From Paragordius varius (taxonomy: Eukaryota; Animalia; Nematomorpha), in contig OZ176052.1 in assembly GCA_964247055.1 (NCBI GenBank), positions 9,238,001-9,302,000 of the forward strand: 64,000 bases of DNA, read 5' to 3'. The position numbers and the translations under genes are program-made. The notes beneath the pieces were generated by a model. That model had not been told where the DNA came from and ran no database searches. It was given only the letters and a program-made list of their open reading frames with translations. Positions 23,271 through 35,383 of the stretch are shown here, one piece after another; the first letter of the stretch is position 1, and every line of letters begins with the position of its first letter.

Positions 23271-24193
23271 ATGAGCACGTCAAATGAATATTGGTTAACA
23301 TTTTTCCAACGGGCAGGTTTTGAGGAAGAAACTGCAAATGATTTAGCATTATTGTTTAATAATCATCGACTAACCAAAGATATGTTACCTCATTTAACTA
23401 AAGAACATTTAATGGAAATGGGTATAAAAATTATAGGAGATATAATAATGATTCAGAATTATGCAAAGCATATAATTAATCAGGTATAATTAGTTTTATT
23501 TTAGGGTGACATGCGTATTAATAAATCTCGTAAGTGTTTTATTTAATATTTAGAAAAAACTATTGAATCGATGGCAATGGATATCGAAGATAACAAAAAA
23601 CCAGTTTATACTAATATTTTAAATTATAGGTATCGAACAAAGTAAATGTGTTGCCAAATCATGTGATGGTTAAAACTGCTTCGTATGGTCAAAATCCGAC
23701 AAAATTTATTTCTCAGACTATTTTTTCTTCCCGAAAGATTAATACAAAAAGTGAAGGGTTATTTGCAAATGAATCTCATTCTCCTCAAAAGGTTTCTTAT
23801 CGTGTCGGATTTCCAACAATTAATAAACCAACTTTATCTGGTAAACGAATGGATTCATCAAACATGTATATTAAACAACAGATAAATCCATTGTCACGGT
23901 TAAATGATGATACAAGTATTAACAAGAAAAACAACATCAGACGTAAATTACCTGTTGGGCAAAGAGTTCAGATATTGCGCGCTATGCGACAAAATAAAAA
24001 ATCAAATAAATTGAACCGAATCAATAATAATACCGCTAAAGGTAATTTAGCTATTCAAGGGAATCGAAATCGTGGATTAATGACAGCTAAAAAACGTCCC
24101 CAAAAGATGAACAATAGAGACACTAGTAAGCCAGAAAAACGTGAATCTATTAAAAAGCGATTGGGTCTTAGCGTTAAACAACGATTAGGATAA
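23271..24193 (+). CDS. C19orf47: C19orf47-like protein (N-terminal SAM-like domain, basic low-complexity tail)
   Basis: EYWLTFFQRAGF...HRLTKDMLPHLTKEHLMEMGIKIIGDIIMI resembles the recalled C19orf47 N-terminus; the tail has KKRLG/KQRLG motifs. Exons 23271-23483, possibly 23505-23529 and 23554-23603, then 23630-24193. Confidence 0.8.
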
Positions 24194-24602
24194 ATTGAGC
24201 TAATATATATTTAGAGATTTGTATTAATAAATATTGTTAATTTATTATACATTTTAACTATTAATATTACTATTGCGGTCATTTTTATTTTTTTGGATAA
24301 ATCTATATTTACAGCATTGTTAAAATTTAGCATATTAACACTTCATTATTTCTATTCTAGAGAAATTTTGGTTATCTATTAAAATGTCAATGTTCTACAT
24401 AATCTAAAAGTATGCATTTTATGGCTTTTTAGGCGTATATTTTCTTAAAATATTTATAACAAAGGCAGCAAATTTTTTTAAAATGGGTTTCAGTTGATTG
24501 TTTCGATTAGATTTGTGAGCTATCTTAAATTATAGAACAGAGGTACACAAACCGTGGTCCTAAAAGTTATTTTTATGGGCCTGAATTATTTTATATTATT
24601 AT

Positions 24603-25710
24603 CAGGGCTTTGAACCGGAACCACATAATTTCCATTTAGTTGGAACTAACACTGTGCCAGTTAACCGTTCATGAACCAGTTCGGCTCCGGTTTCACTTCC
24701 AAAATAAGTGGTTCTCATATGGCTTTTTTAAAAAATAAAATTGATTTTCTAAATTTTATTTAATTTGTATAATATAAGATTTCTTCTAGTTTCCCATCAA
24801 AATTGAACATGATAGATAATTAAAAAATTTCTTTTTTAAATATTATTTTTGAAAAATTTTATCATGTATTATAATTTTGTACTCCTATCCGATTGAAATG
24901 GAATTATCACGTTGACATTTTTTTAGATATTCTAACACTCGAAGAGAACCCAAACATAATTTAGTGAATTCAGTGGGTAACGAAGAGCGTTTGTAATGTA
25001 AATGATGTCGAAATCGTCGTAAAATAACGTGAAATAAAAAATAATTTATTTTCACGTCATTTTACGACGATCATTTACAATTTAGTAAAGATTTTTTTAA
25101 TCTGTAGATTAAGAAAATATATAATAAACCATTTGCTATAGCGTCCACAATCAATTACCCACGGAAAAAATAAGCCACGCTATATATCACTAGAACTCAA
25201 ACCGCGGCTCAGGCCGTATGAGAGGTCCTTAAGATTTTTTTTGATTTAAAAATTAAAATTTTATTACGCAAAGAGCGTATCTTACAGCATAGTTTTTTTA
25301 CGCTAAATTTTAATCTCCAGGTCTGAGATGCAATCCTTTATTGAGTTAAATAAAGAATGCCTCCAAGCATGTGATAGTTAATACTAATGCACTTAATACC
25401 TACCTTTAATTGGCTATTGATTTTACTAATAAATAATGATCATTGATTTTTTTGTGATAATTATAATAAAAATATTGTATGAAAATCATTTTAAAGTTGG
25501 GAATTAAAATAGAACCGGCTCTAGAACCGTTAAATTTTTGAGAACCAACCCGAATCCGTTTCTACTTGCTCAGGAATCTCCCAGTTATTCCAAAATTTTA
25601 GGAATCGCCCTGGTTTCATTTTTAAATTTTTAGGAACCAGGTCAGTTCTGGTTCCAACCGTCCAGGAATGGGTTCCCGTTCCACTTTTTTCGCACCGGAT
25701 CGAAGCCCTG
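24603..25710. mobile_element. hAT-like non-autonomous element (1108 bp)
   Basis: 16-bp TIRs CAGGGCTTTGAACCGG / CAGGGCTTCGATCCGG (2 mismatches) and clustered subterminal GAACC/AACCG motifs at both ends. The 8-bp flanks ATTATTAT and ATTACACT match only partly. Confidence 0.65.
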
Positions 25711-26559
25711 ATTACACTTGACAACAATTTTTTCTGCGCGAGTTTTTTTTGCATTTTCTGATATTTACTATCATTTTAACAGTTAATCTGAAATAAAAAT
25801 TATAATTCCACCTAAGTATTTTTATAATTTGATTTTCTATTATTATACGCCCTCTTTAGCAAAATTTTACTAAAATTATTTTTCTCATGCAACAAATGCC
25901 CATTTGTAATATATCAATTGAATGAGTAATAAAAACTCATTAAAATACATAGATATTTACATCGATAGTTAATATTAGCATATAAAGGGACAAACTTCGA
26001 AACGAGAGCATTTTACTTAATTAATATATTGTTAAAACCAATGGATGAAAATAGCTCAAACTTTGTGTAGGCAATGAATGACCAAAAAAGATTAAACAAG
26101 AAAGTTTTATTTATTAAAACTCTTTTTGTGTCATTAATAGCCATATTAAGTTTTTTTTTGAGAAATTACCATCTCATAAATATTAATTTCTTGAAAACTT
26201 ATAATTTCAAAATTTTAAAGACTAAAAATATTTAAGGTATTCTTGATCTTTTATGACCATTATGTTATAAATTTACAGTTATAATTATGCATTTTAATAT
26301 CCACTAGGTAAAATAATTTTTATAATATTTTTTATTAAAAAATCAACCCAAAAGCTTTTTGAATTTTTTTAAAATTATATAATGTAACCCCAATTATAAT
26401 GAAATAATTTATATGATTAAATTAGTTTGTCTGTTAAAATATTTGACTTATTAAAGGGTTTAAAATTTTGTCCATATAAATATATCCTTTTATATATTTT
26501 CAGGAACAAATAGAAAAATATTTAGTAAACCTAATTTTTATGTTTGCCCTATTTTATTT

Positions 26560-27440
26560 ATGGGGCCCTAAAAAGAGGCTCCTTGTTAAGTTTTTGCTTT
26601 TAAATGGCGAATAACTATATTATTGAAATAATAGGGCCTTATGAGCTTTCTGAAAAATACCTCAAAAAGCCACGTTATATATATGTATATAGTGAGTATT
26701 TAGGATAGGATGTCACCCTAACCATGTGCTAATTTAAAAAAAAGTTCGAGACTAAAATTTGGCTTCTGAATAGGAAATATTGGATTCATATGGTCTCTAG
26801 CGCACCCCAAAAGTTGTTTCAACCACATTATATTTATATGTCAGCCTATTATTCATATAGTGAATCCCTACCAGAGGTTTAAGAAAAGCGCTCAAATAAA
26901 TACTTTGCCTGAACCCTTATTCGATTTTATGGTCCCATCGGGTTTCTAAAATTTTGCTTCATAGACACGCTATTCCTATACAGTGGCGCATTACAGTACA
27001 CCCCTATCAAATGGCTAAGAAAATCGCTACCCTTAATTTTTGGTCTTTGTACTGGGAATACCTGAAACAACTATTTTTATATAGTCTCTTAACTTGTGAG
27101 AAAATTTGTATAAAGATTTATTTTTATAGGCCATGTTTTTTTTTCAAAAAACGTCATTTACAGAGGAAGTGGCTAAATATAGGGCCTAAATTTAAAAAAA
27201 AGGTCGACTCTATTTGTCACATTGTAAAGCAAATAGTTATTATCATTGATGAATAGGCCTTCACGTTTTCCGGAATATAATGTTTTTCTAAAAACTCCTT
27301 TTATACGGGGTGGAACTTAACTGAGGGGCTAATTTAAAAAAGTGTTCGACGAATATAGTCAACCGATTTATGAATGAATAACAATTTACCCTAAAGGTTT
27401 TCCGAAAATTGGCTCACATCCTATAAGTTTATATATTAGT
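26560..27440 (-). repeat. Diverged relative of the Helitron-like family at 731-3881
   Basis: Shared blocks in the same order: CATTTAC.G.GGAAG.GG.TAAA..AGGGCCTAAATT.AAAAAA.G..CGACT, AC.GGGTGG...AACTG.G.G, GGTTTTCCGAAAA..G.TCACA. Confidence 0.55.
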
Positions 27441-28445
27441 AATATCCTCTTTTCAGCATGAAAATTTTAAGCTCATGACTGGCCTTATAATAATTATATG
27501 ATAGCAAAAATATTGTAGAAAACTATATTATATTCACAGCAAATATTTATTACAGCTACTTTTTAATAAAGACAAATATACACCGAAAATCAGGCGTATT
27601 GGTAATGATAAGAATCGTTATTAAAAACATTGAACGGAAAAATAAACATGTCCAGCCATGTTATCCTAAGTTAAAAAATATATTTTTATTCTTTTGACCA
27701 CCCTAAAAATAGGCTCATATATTTTTCCTATCTGATTTAAATATGATAGACACAAAATCCATATTATACTTGCGCGAAAAGTTTTAAATTACAAAAATAA
27801 TTTTATATTTTTGGAAATACCACAGAGACGGTTATTTTAAAGCTAGTTGTAAAAATTATATTAGGATTAATAAAAGAGAATTGAAAACAATACTATTTTT
27901 GTTTTAACTTGTGATTTATATTTATAAAATATATATTAACTTACAAAATTTTTAGTCTATTTTATTTGAAATATCAGCTTACAATTGGCTTCAATTGATG
28001 TGGTTTAAAAAACATAATTGATGTATGAATTCTCATCAACGGGTTAACTAATTCATAAACTCATAAAAAGTATAATACAAAAAGTAAAATTTGATTATAT
28101 TTATTAAAGTATAGGGAAAATATTGACCAACTACATATATCACTTAAGTATTTTCATGGTAAAAGTAAACAAAACAACAATTAATAAGGTTATCAGCATA
28201 AGAAAAAATGATGACCCTTTATTTTATTGCATAAGTTACCAAAAAGTTTTTATAATTTTATATATTATATAGTATTTTTATTAATATTGTGTATATGTTT
28301 TTAAATAGATATTATCATATAATAATATGTATCCCAATAATTCTCGGAAAAAATTCGATTGCATATACCTGCTCAAAATGTATATTAATTTTTATTTGTC
28401 CATATATTTTAATCTTATATAATATTATTTACTTAAATACCATAG

Positions 28446-31400
28446 CAAAACCAATCGATGTATTGAACATACCATGCAATTGTAAGCAAGGCTGGTACAA
28501 TTTTGTCGTTAACGATAACGAAGATACGTTAACACCCGGCTATTGGTCCTACGATGATACATTGCAAAGTTATACGGTAAAAATTGGGAAAACATTTACA
28601 AGACCGCTAAATTTTATTGAGGAATCACAAAGATCCCTAGCAATTACATTTGCCACACCACAAGCATTTAATTTGTTGGAAGAGTTGCCAGAGTATGCAG
28701 TTGAAGTTGTTACAGACATTGAACTATCTTTTGAGGCAACGGGAAAAGCGTCGGAATCGTTCATTGTTGTAAGGTTAGCATAAACACTACTGTAATTTTA
28801 ATTTTATTTGTAAAGAGGCTCATAATTAAGGGTCTAGGGTAAAAAATTGTGACATTGCTTTATGAGAAACAGAAGATATTTATGTAATACTCAAAATTTA
28901 TAACTATAAAATGTATAAAAATATTTAACCATAGAAAAGATAATAATTTATTATCTCCGACAAAGTTGTGTATTGACTCCAGGCTTGAAACATTAAGTCA
29001 AACAAAAGTCGTATTTGATGGAGATACTGGATTCGATTGCCTATCAACAGCATCATATGAACAAACAAGTGAGACAAATGGATGTGGATATTGTAATTTA
29101 CCAACTCGAGATACAAAGCTTGATAATGTATTGTTGGAAAAAATAAGCTTAGTTCCATTGCCCCTTTCATCTCAAGTTTCAAGTTCCAGACGTTATCAAT
29201 GGAGGCCCAGAAACAGAAGACCGGGTCGGACTTGGGCATCAAGGTCTAAAACGCGAACACACGCTGAGACAAAAACATCGTACACAATCAAGGGTAGCTA
29301 TTATTACATTCAAATTCAGATACCGAAATGTATTTCACGTAAAAATCCAGCACCCCGGATGAAAACAACTCTAGATTATAACTATAATAATCCACGTCAA
29401 AATGTAAGGCCAACCTATTATACTCAGACTACACTTTTAACACTATCTTACGTCCAAAAATTTGAAGGGGAGTGTGGACGTCCAAACATTTTCGAGAGAG
29501 AATCTAGGGATGTATTGAAGCAAACTCAATTTAATAAGAATTTTGTGGCAACGGCTAGACAAAGCAAACTCTATATTTATCAAAATCCATACCAAAATTA
29601 CAGGTGAGTAAATTTATAACATTGCTAGATTACTTATTATAAATACAATCCCTTTATTTAATTATACCATTTAACATATTTTATAACCGGTTTAATCAAA
29701 TAACTATAACTTATCGGATTATTTTTTATCAAATTTTATCGTAAAAATGATAGAATAAAACGGTACATAAGCTACAAAAGTCAAAAGGCAAAGATTGGCT
29801 CTTGGCCATGGCACGTAAGTATTCATTACAATGGAGTTCATATTTGCAGTGGGTTTTTGGTTTCAAATAAACATGTGGTATCAGCAGCCCACTGTTTTCC
29901 ACATTTGTAAGTAATCAATTTTTTATATACAAATACCCTAAAATATTAAAATTTTATGGGTAAATTTTATTACATTTCGAATACCGTAGCCCCGAAAAAT
30001 CGACATTTAAATTTTTTCACTTTAAAATTTTGAATATCATAAAAGGATTTTAAATAAATAATAGTTAGATTACAGTTGTGATCTCAAAAAACCACTGGAC
30101 TGCGGTAAAATACGGATTTTTTTTATTTTTTGAGTTGCATATTAGGAATTTTTGTATTCCTTTCTTTAGTGAGGGAAACTCGTCCGGGACTCATTTTTCT
30201 TAATTGATGGAGATTTTAGTGAAATTAATTGCAACAAAAGAGGTTTTCAAAATAAATAGATGCATAATCAGGAACGAATTTATGTGAGAAATACATGCAT
30301 TTAATTAACAGGAACGGATATAAGCCACAAGCTTTTTTGGTCCCGTTTTGAAACCTTTAAATAATGTTTTAAATTTATATTTTTTAATTTTATTTTAAAT
30401 ATGACGCTAACCATATTTATTAGTAATGTTTTATTTTATTTGAAAATCATACAAGCATATTTTTTCTTCAATTTTATTGGTTAATGTTTTTGCGGTTAAT
30501 CATATTATTGGGTTATGAGTAAATTTAAAAATGGGAAAAATATCAGAACCATTTGATCAAAATCATGGAGCCGGGGCAAATAAACTAATTTCGGTAAAAA
30601 TTCCATAAATTCAAACCTTTTTAGAAAACGATGCGAAGCCCAAAACATATACCATTTTTCATGCAAAAACATCATTTTTTCAACCAAACGCACCATTTTT
30701 TCAAGCAAACGCAACATTTTTTCAAGCAAAGACATCATTTTTTCAAGCAAACGCAACATTTTTTCAACCAAACGCAACATTTTTTCAAGCAAACGCAACA
30801 TTTTTTCAAGCAAAGACATCATTTTTTCAAGCAAACGCAACATTTTTTCAAGCAAACGCAACATTTTTTCAAGCAAACGCAACATTTTTTCAAGCAAACG
30901 CAACATTTTTTCATCCAAACGCAACATTTTTTCAACCAAAGACAACATTTTTTCAAGCAAAAACAACAATTTTTTAAAACTTAAAAATTTTTTTTATTTT
31001 AAGACATATTAAATTTAAAGTTAATGGAAATTAATTTTAGCGTAGAATTATGATTTTTATTATTTTATCATAAATATGTGATGGTATGATTGATTTTTAA
31101 ACAAAATTTTGCCCATAATTGCATTATTTATATTATTTTATTCTTTTACAACTTTAGTTTAACCTTATCAGTCCATACATTTTGCGCTTCAAAATTGTCC
31201 TTGAAAATTTAAAGTTGGTCCTAGAACACCTCAATTTGGTCCTTCAATATTTTAATTTTGATTCTAACTTTTATTAATCAAGCATTATATTCATCTATCC
31301 TATCATTAACCTATTTTCTTTATTTCCTAAACTTTTAAGGGAATACCATTTCTTTCATAAGAACCGTATATCAATATTATTTTTTATAAAAAATTTAACA

Positions 31401-32352
31401 TTATTAAACATCTAGGATTTGTGGGTTATTAATCGTAATATTTAGTTTAAAACATCAATAAGTTAATAATATTGATTTAAAGAAAATTCTTTCGAAACAT
31501 AAAGATGTTTTTACTATAAAAATATTATTTTTGATTCATATACTAATAAATAAAGATATTAGTTTAAATTAAAAAAAATAGATAATTACATACGAAAATA
31601 ACGGTTGTTTGCAAAAAAATGAAAGAAACTTTAAACAAGACACTCTTAAAGCGCAAGTTGGATTTATTGATTTAGTGAAACTGTTGTAAAAGAAAAAATA
31701 TAATATAAATAATGCAATTATGGGCAAAATTTTGTTTGAAAATCAATCATACCATCACATATTTATGATAAAATAATAAAGATCATAATTCTACGCTAAA
31801 ATTAATTTCCATTAACTTTAAATTTAATATGTCTTAAAATAAAAAAAATGGTTTTTAATTTTTAAAAAATTGTTGTTTTTGCTTGAAAAAATGTTGTCTT
31901 TGGTTGAAAAAATGTTGCGTTTGGATGAAAAAATGTTGCGTTTGCTTGAAAAAATGTTGCGTTTGCTTGAAAAAATGATGTCTTTGCTTGAAAAAATGTT
32001 GCGTTTGCTTGAAAAAATGTTGCGTTTGGTTGAAAAAATGTTGCATTTGGTTGAAAAAATGATGTTTTTGCATGAAAAATGGTATATATAAAAAAATTTC
32101 AATTTAAATGGAAGCAAACCGTTACCTTTCAATAACTTCAAAATATTTTATTAATTCTAAGCACTTTCTATGAATTAGAAATTTAAATTCTATCACTGTG
32201 ATCCTGGGTTCTAATTCGAATGTCAGAGGCACCTCCATCAATTTGTCTCGAAATGTTTCCAAGCTTTACAAACACTTGTACTTTAATAAAAGTAAATAAA
32301 ATTTTAAGGATATTCTTTTAAATTAGATTAAAATTATTTTTTATACTTTGTC

Positions 32353-32394
<42 letters not shown>

Positions 32395-33687
32395 TTTTTT
32401 ACAGAAGATTAACATGTATACAAATTTTCGTTTTTAATCAATTAACATTTCATAATTTTTTGACGCCTATAGTTACTAAATATGACAGTGATATCGCTTT
32501 ATTACATTTAAAGTCACCCGTACAATTCAACGAATACGTACAGCCATTGTGTCTGACAAAAGTAAAATTTGATCCAAATATGTTTTGTCAGGTAACTGGC
32601 TATGGTATAAATAAAGGTATACTTTTCAACTGTTTCATATTTGTTATAAAATCATTTTAAATTTTTTTTTCTTAAAGATGCATGAAAACTAAATTGAATG
32701 TTAAAATTTAGTTGAATTTTCTATTTCGCACGAAATATAAAGGTTCGGGTGTTGACAGTTTACATGAATTGCGGGTAACCCTAATGAGAAATGGAGAATG
32801 CACGAAACCTGAAGTGTTGGGTGAACGGGTGTCTGAAAACATGATATGTGCCAAGGCTAACAGTTTGGATGCATGTCAAGTAAAGGCCATATATTTTAAT
32901 TTTTATTAAAGACTTATATTGTAAAAACCTTTTAAACTAGTATTGAAATTTTATTTTATCCGACATCGCAATACATCGTAAAATCGATGATGCATTTGAA
33001 CTATTAATATACCATATGTCAGAGATTGAACCCTAGCCCTTCAGTTTCTAAGTCATTTTTAATGTCGCTGGTTCCGGTTTTATGTTTTACCATTTAATTT
33101 TTTGGCTAAATTTTTTAGTTTTATTGTTTTTTGGTTATATGGTTTGATTTAGCTTCGTTTCTCAGCCTAAGATTTTACTACAATGTAAACGATTTAGCTT
33201 AAATCCCTTTTTAATTATTAGTGTCGTATTAAAAAGTGAAAAAAAATAATCTAAAAAATCAACGGTTTTAAAAATTGATTTTTTTGGTTTCACAAAAACG
33301 CTCTATAGAACCTTTTGTACAACAAAGTCTTATTATGCATCTTTATGCTATTTGTTTTAACCGTTTAAACTTTTCATTGAGGTTTTTTAGCTAACCCAAA
33401 ACGGTTTGGCTCTGGTTCAATTGCTTTAAGATATTATTTATGATAATAACTAAGGATGTGCGAGAATCATCTTTTATTATATCGATAAAAATTTAGTTAT
33501 CATCAAATATATATATATATAGGGCGATGATGGGTCCCCTCTACAATGCAAAATAAATGGTGTTTGGTATGCGGCTGGCATAGTATCGTGGAAACCCAAG
33601 GAATGTGGACAATCTTCCCTTAAACCAGGTGTTTACACCAGAATTCATGATTTTGGAAAATGGATTACAGAAAAGGCTACCCCATAA
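28446..33687 (+). CDS. Trypsin-family (S1A) serine protease homolog, predicted inactive, with a long N-terminal extension; first exon not located
   Basis: Phase-consistent exons 28446-28773, 28935-29603, 29754-29906 (GSWPW, SAAHC), 32179-32291 (ITVILG...KH), 32473-32616 (DSDIAL...QPLCL), 32743-32879 (NMICA...DACQ), 33523-33687 (GDDGSP...GIVSW...PGVYTRI). Confidence 0.88.
30670..30975 (+). repeat. 21-bp minisatellite, about 14 units (AAGCAAACGCAACATTTTTTC)
   Basis: Seen directly; produces a 7-aa periodic pseudo-ORF. Confidence 0.95.
31864..32071 (-). repeat. 21-bp minisatellite, about 9 units, inverted copy
   Basis: Reverse complement of the array at 30670-30975. Confidence 0.95.
32355..32390. 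repeat. (AT)n microsatellite, about 18 units
   Basis: Seen directly; intronic. Confidence 0.95.
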
Positions 33688-33892
33688 AACTATTACCCTT
33701 ATATAAAAATGATATGCTCATGCATATTATTTAAATTTTTTAATTAGAATATAAATGATCTCTATTATATTGTATATCTCTCATGGTTTTTGTGTCAAAT
33801 TTTTGTATATTGTTGCTCCAAGGCATATGTTTTCATTCAGGATCTAAAAATCAACAGATTAATAATTATAAATACATTACTGAATGCTAAAT

Positions 33893-33934
33893 CAGGTGTG
33901 TTCAACACAAACGGCTTCGTGATCCCATTTAAAT
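33893..33934 (+). mobile_element. hAT-MITE terminal fragment
   Basis: CAGGTGTGTTCAACACAAACGGCTTCG resembles the termini at 37765, 40103 and 53805. Confidence 0.45.
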
Positions 33935-34222
33935 GAATATTTGGGTAGTTTTAAAACAAAACTGTATAAAATGTAATAGAATAAACTGCTGCACTAATAG
34001 AAAAAGAAAGGTAATTATGCGAAAAAACGATTATTATATTATGGATTAAAATTTATATTGTTTTTATATTTAAATTCTTTTCCCATTGGTCTTTACAGTT
34101 GTATGGTCATGCAACAGCCGAACAAATTTTGCATTAGCTCTTATTAATTTAAATTATTTAAATTTTTGTTCATTTTAAATTCTCTGCATTTTCTAATCAC
34201 TTTAAATATTTTAGTTAATTAC

Positions 34223-35383
34223 TTATCGTATTGCATGCAAATTTTTGTTTAGCTTCGGGCGTCCCCAAATTTTTATTGTTGACTATTGGAATTATTTTCC
34301 GATAATGTTGAGTCGCTAACATGTGACTAGTCAGATCGGGCAGATTGGCAAAGGAATGTCCACACCATATGCATTTCATAATATCTTTTGCTTTTTTAGA
34401 GCCTTTAGTTAACCAGATATTTTGACCACGAACCATTTTATTAGAATGAGGAGTATTAATACAATTTTTGCTAGGCTGTGAATGAATTTTAACTCTAGAA
34501 GGATTCGTATCAGATTCTGTTACTTTAGACAATAATTTCCCCTTATTAGCAGATACCGAAGGTTTATCGGATTTAGTAAACTGTTTCAAAGATGTATTAT
34601 CAGTTTTTAATATATGTCTTTTAATAATTTTGTCTGAAGTAACACAGTTGCGCTTTCTAGAAACATTGTTTTCGATTTTAAGGACTGCAGGGATCATGGT
34701 TGTGTTATCGTAATTGGATTTAAAATTATTATCTGTTAAATTTGGAGTGGAATCGCTTTTTTGAAAATTATTTACATATTGTTTGAGTTTTATCATTAAT
34801 ATTAATTGGAGCGTTTGAAGGTACAATGTTGCATTATGATACGTTTCAGCGGCGGCGTTGCGTCCAAACATTTTGGACTGACAATAAAAGTTATGGAATA
34901 GAACAAACTTGGAATATTCTCTTAACAAATAACCACTAGATAAAAAGTTCTGAGTATTTAATAGGCCATTTTCTGCATATTTAGATGTTGGCTTATCAAT
35001 AGTGTTCAATTTAGTTTGATGTAAAGAATTAGTAAATACGATTGGTGCTTTTGATATTTTGTTTGTTGGTATTTCCATTGGAATTTTATTTGAGTGATTG
35101 TTACCCAAGTAGTTGTTTTCATGGGTAAAAGATGTATTAAAATTTGAGTTATTAGGACTCAAAGATTTTGAGTGAGAAGGCGAAGGCGTTTGAATTCTCT
35201 GATCCAACAAGTCATTAAGAAATGGAGAATTAAACTGGGGATGGAATGCATTATGAGATGTTGTATTGGATCCATCAACGTAGCCATAATTATTTGGACA
35301 CCCATTGGCGAAAGCATTAATTGTTAATGGTATGTGTCTTTTAGTTTTTGAGAAATTATCTTTTTTCCGTTTATTCGATTTTT
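34223..35383 (-). CDS. tsh: Teashirt/tiptop-like C2H2 zinc-finger protein, main exon (flanking exons unresolved)
   Basis: NIWLTKGSKKAKDIMKCIWCGHSFANLPDLTSHMLATQHY matches the recalled teashirt finger with its upstream W-x-x-KG motif. Acceptor at 35384-35385, donor at 34221-34222. Confidence 0.75.

Larger units (their letters stand above)
30647..32087. mobile_element. Foldback-like element: inverted arms 30647-31152 and 31683-32087 around a 530-bp spacer
   Basis: The arms are reverse complements, each a 21-bp tandem array plus ~170 bp of unique sequence. It lies in the protease-homolog intron 29907-32178. No TSD was seen. Confidence 0.75.

Noticed and set aside
22700-23278. Possible small minus-strand gene divergent from C19orf47 (strong GTAAGT donor near 23005)
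   Set aside because: No open spliced model from a start codon could be assembled; left uncalled.
30505-32091. Four ORFs with 7-aa periodicity (LLEKMLR / QHFFKQT) suggesting coiled-coil or repeat proteins
   Set aside because: Artefacts of a stop-free 21-bp minisatellite, open on both strands, inside an intron.
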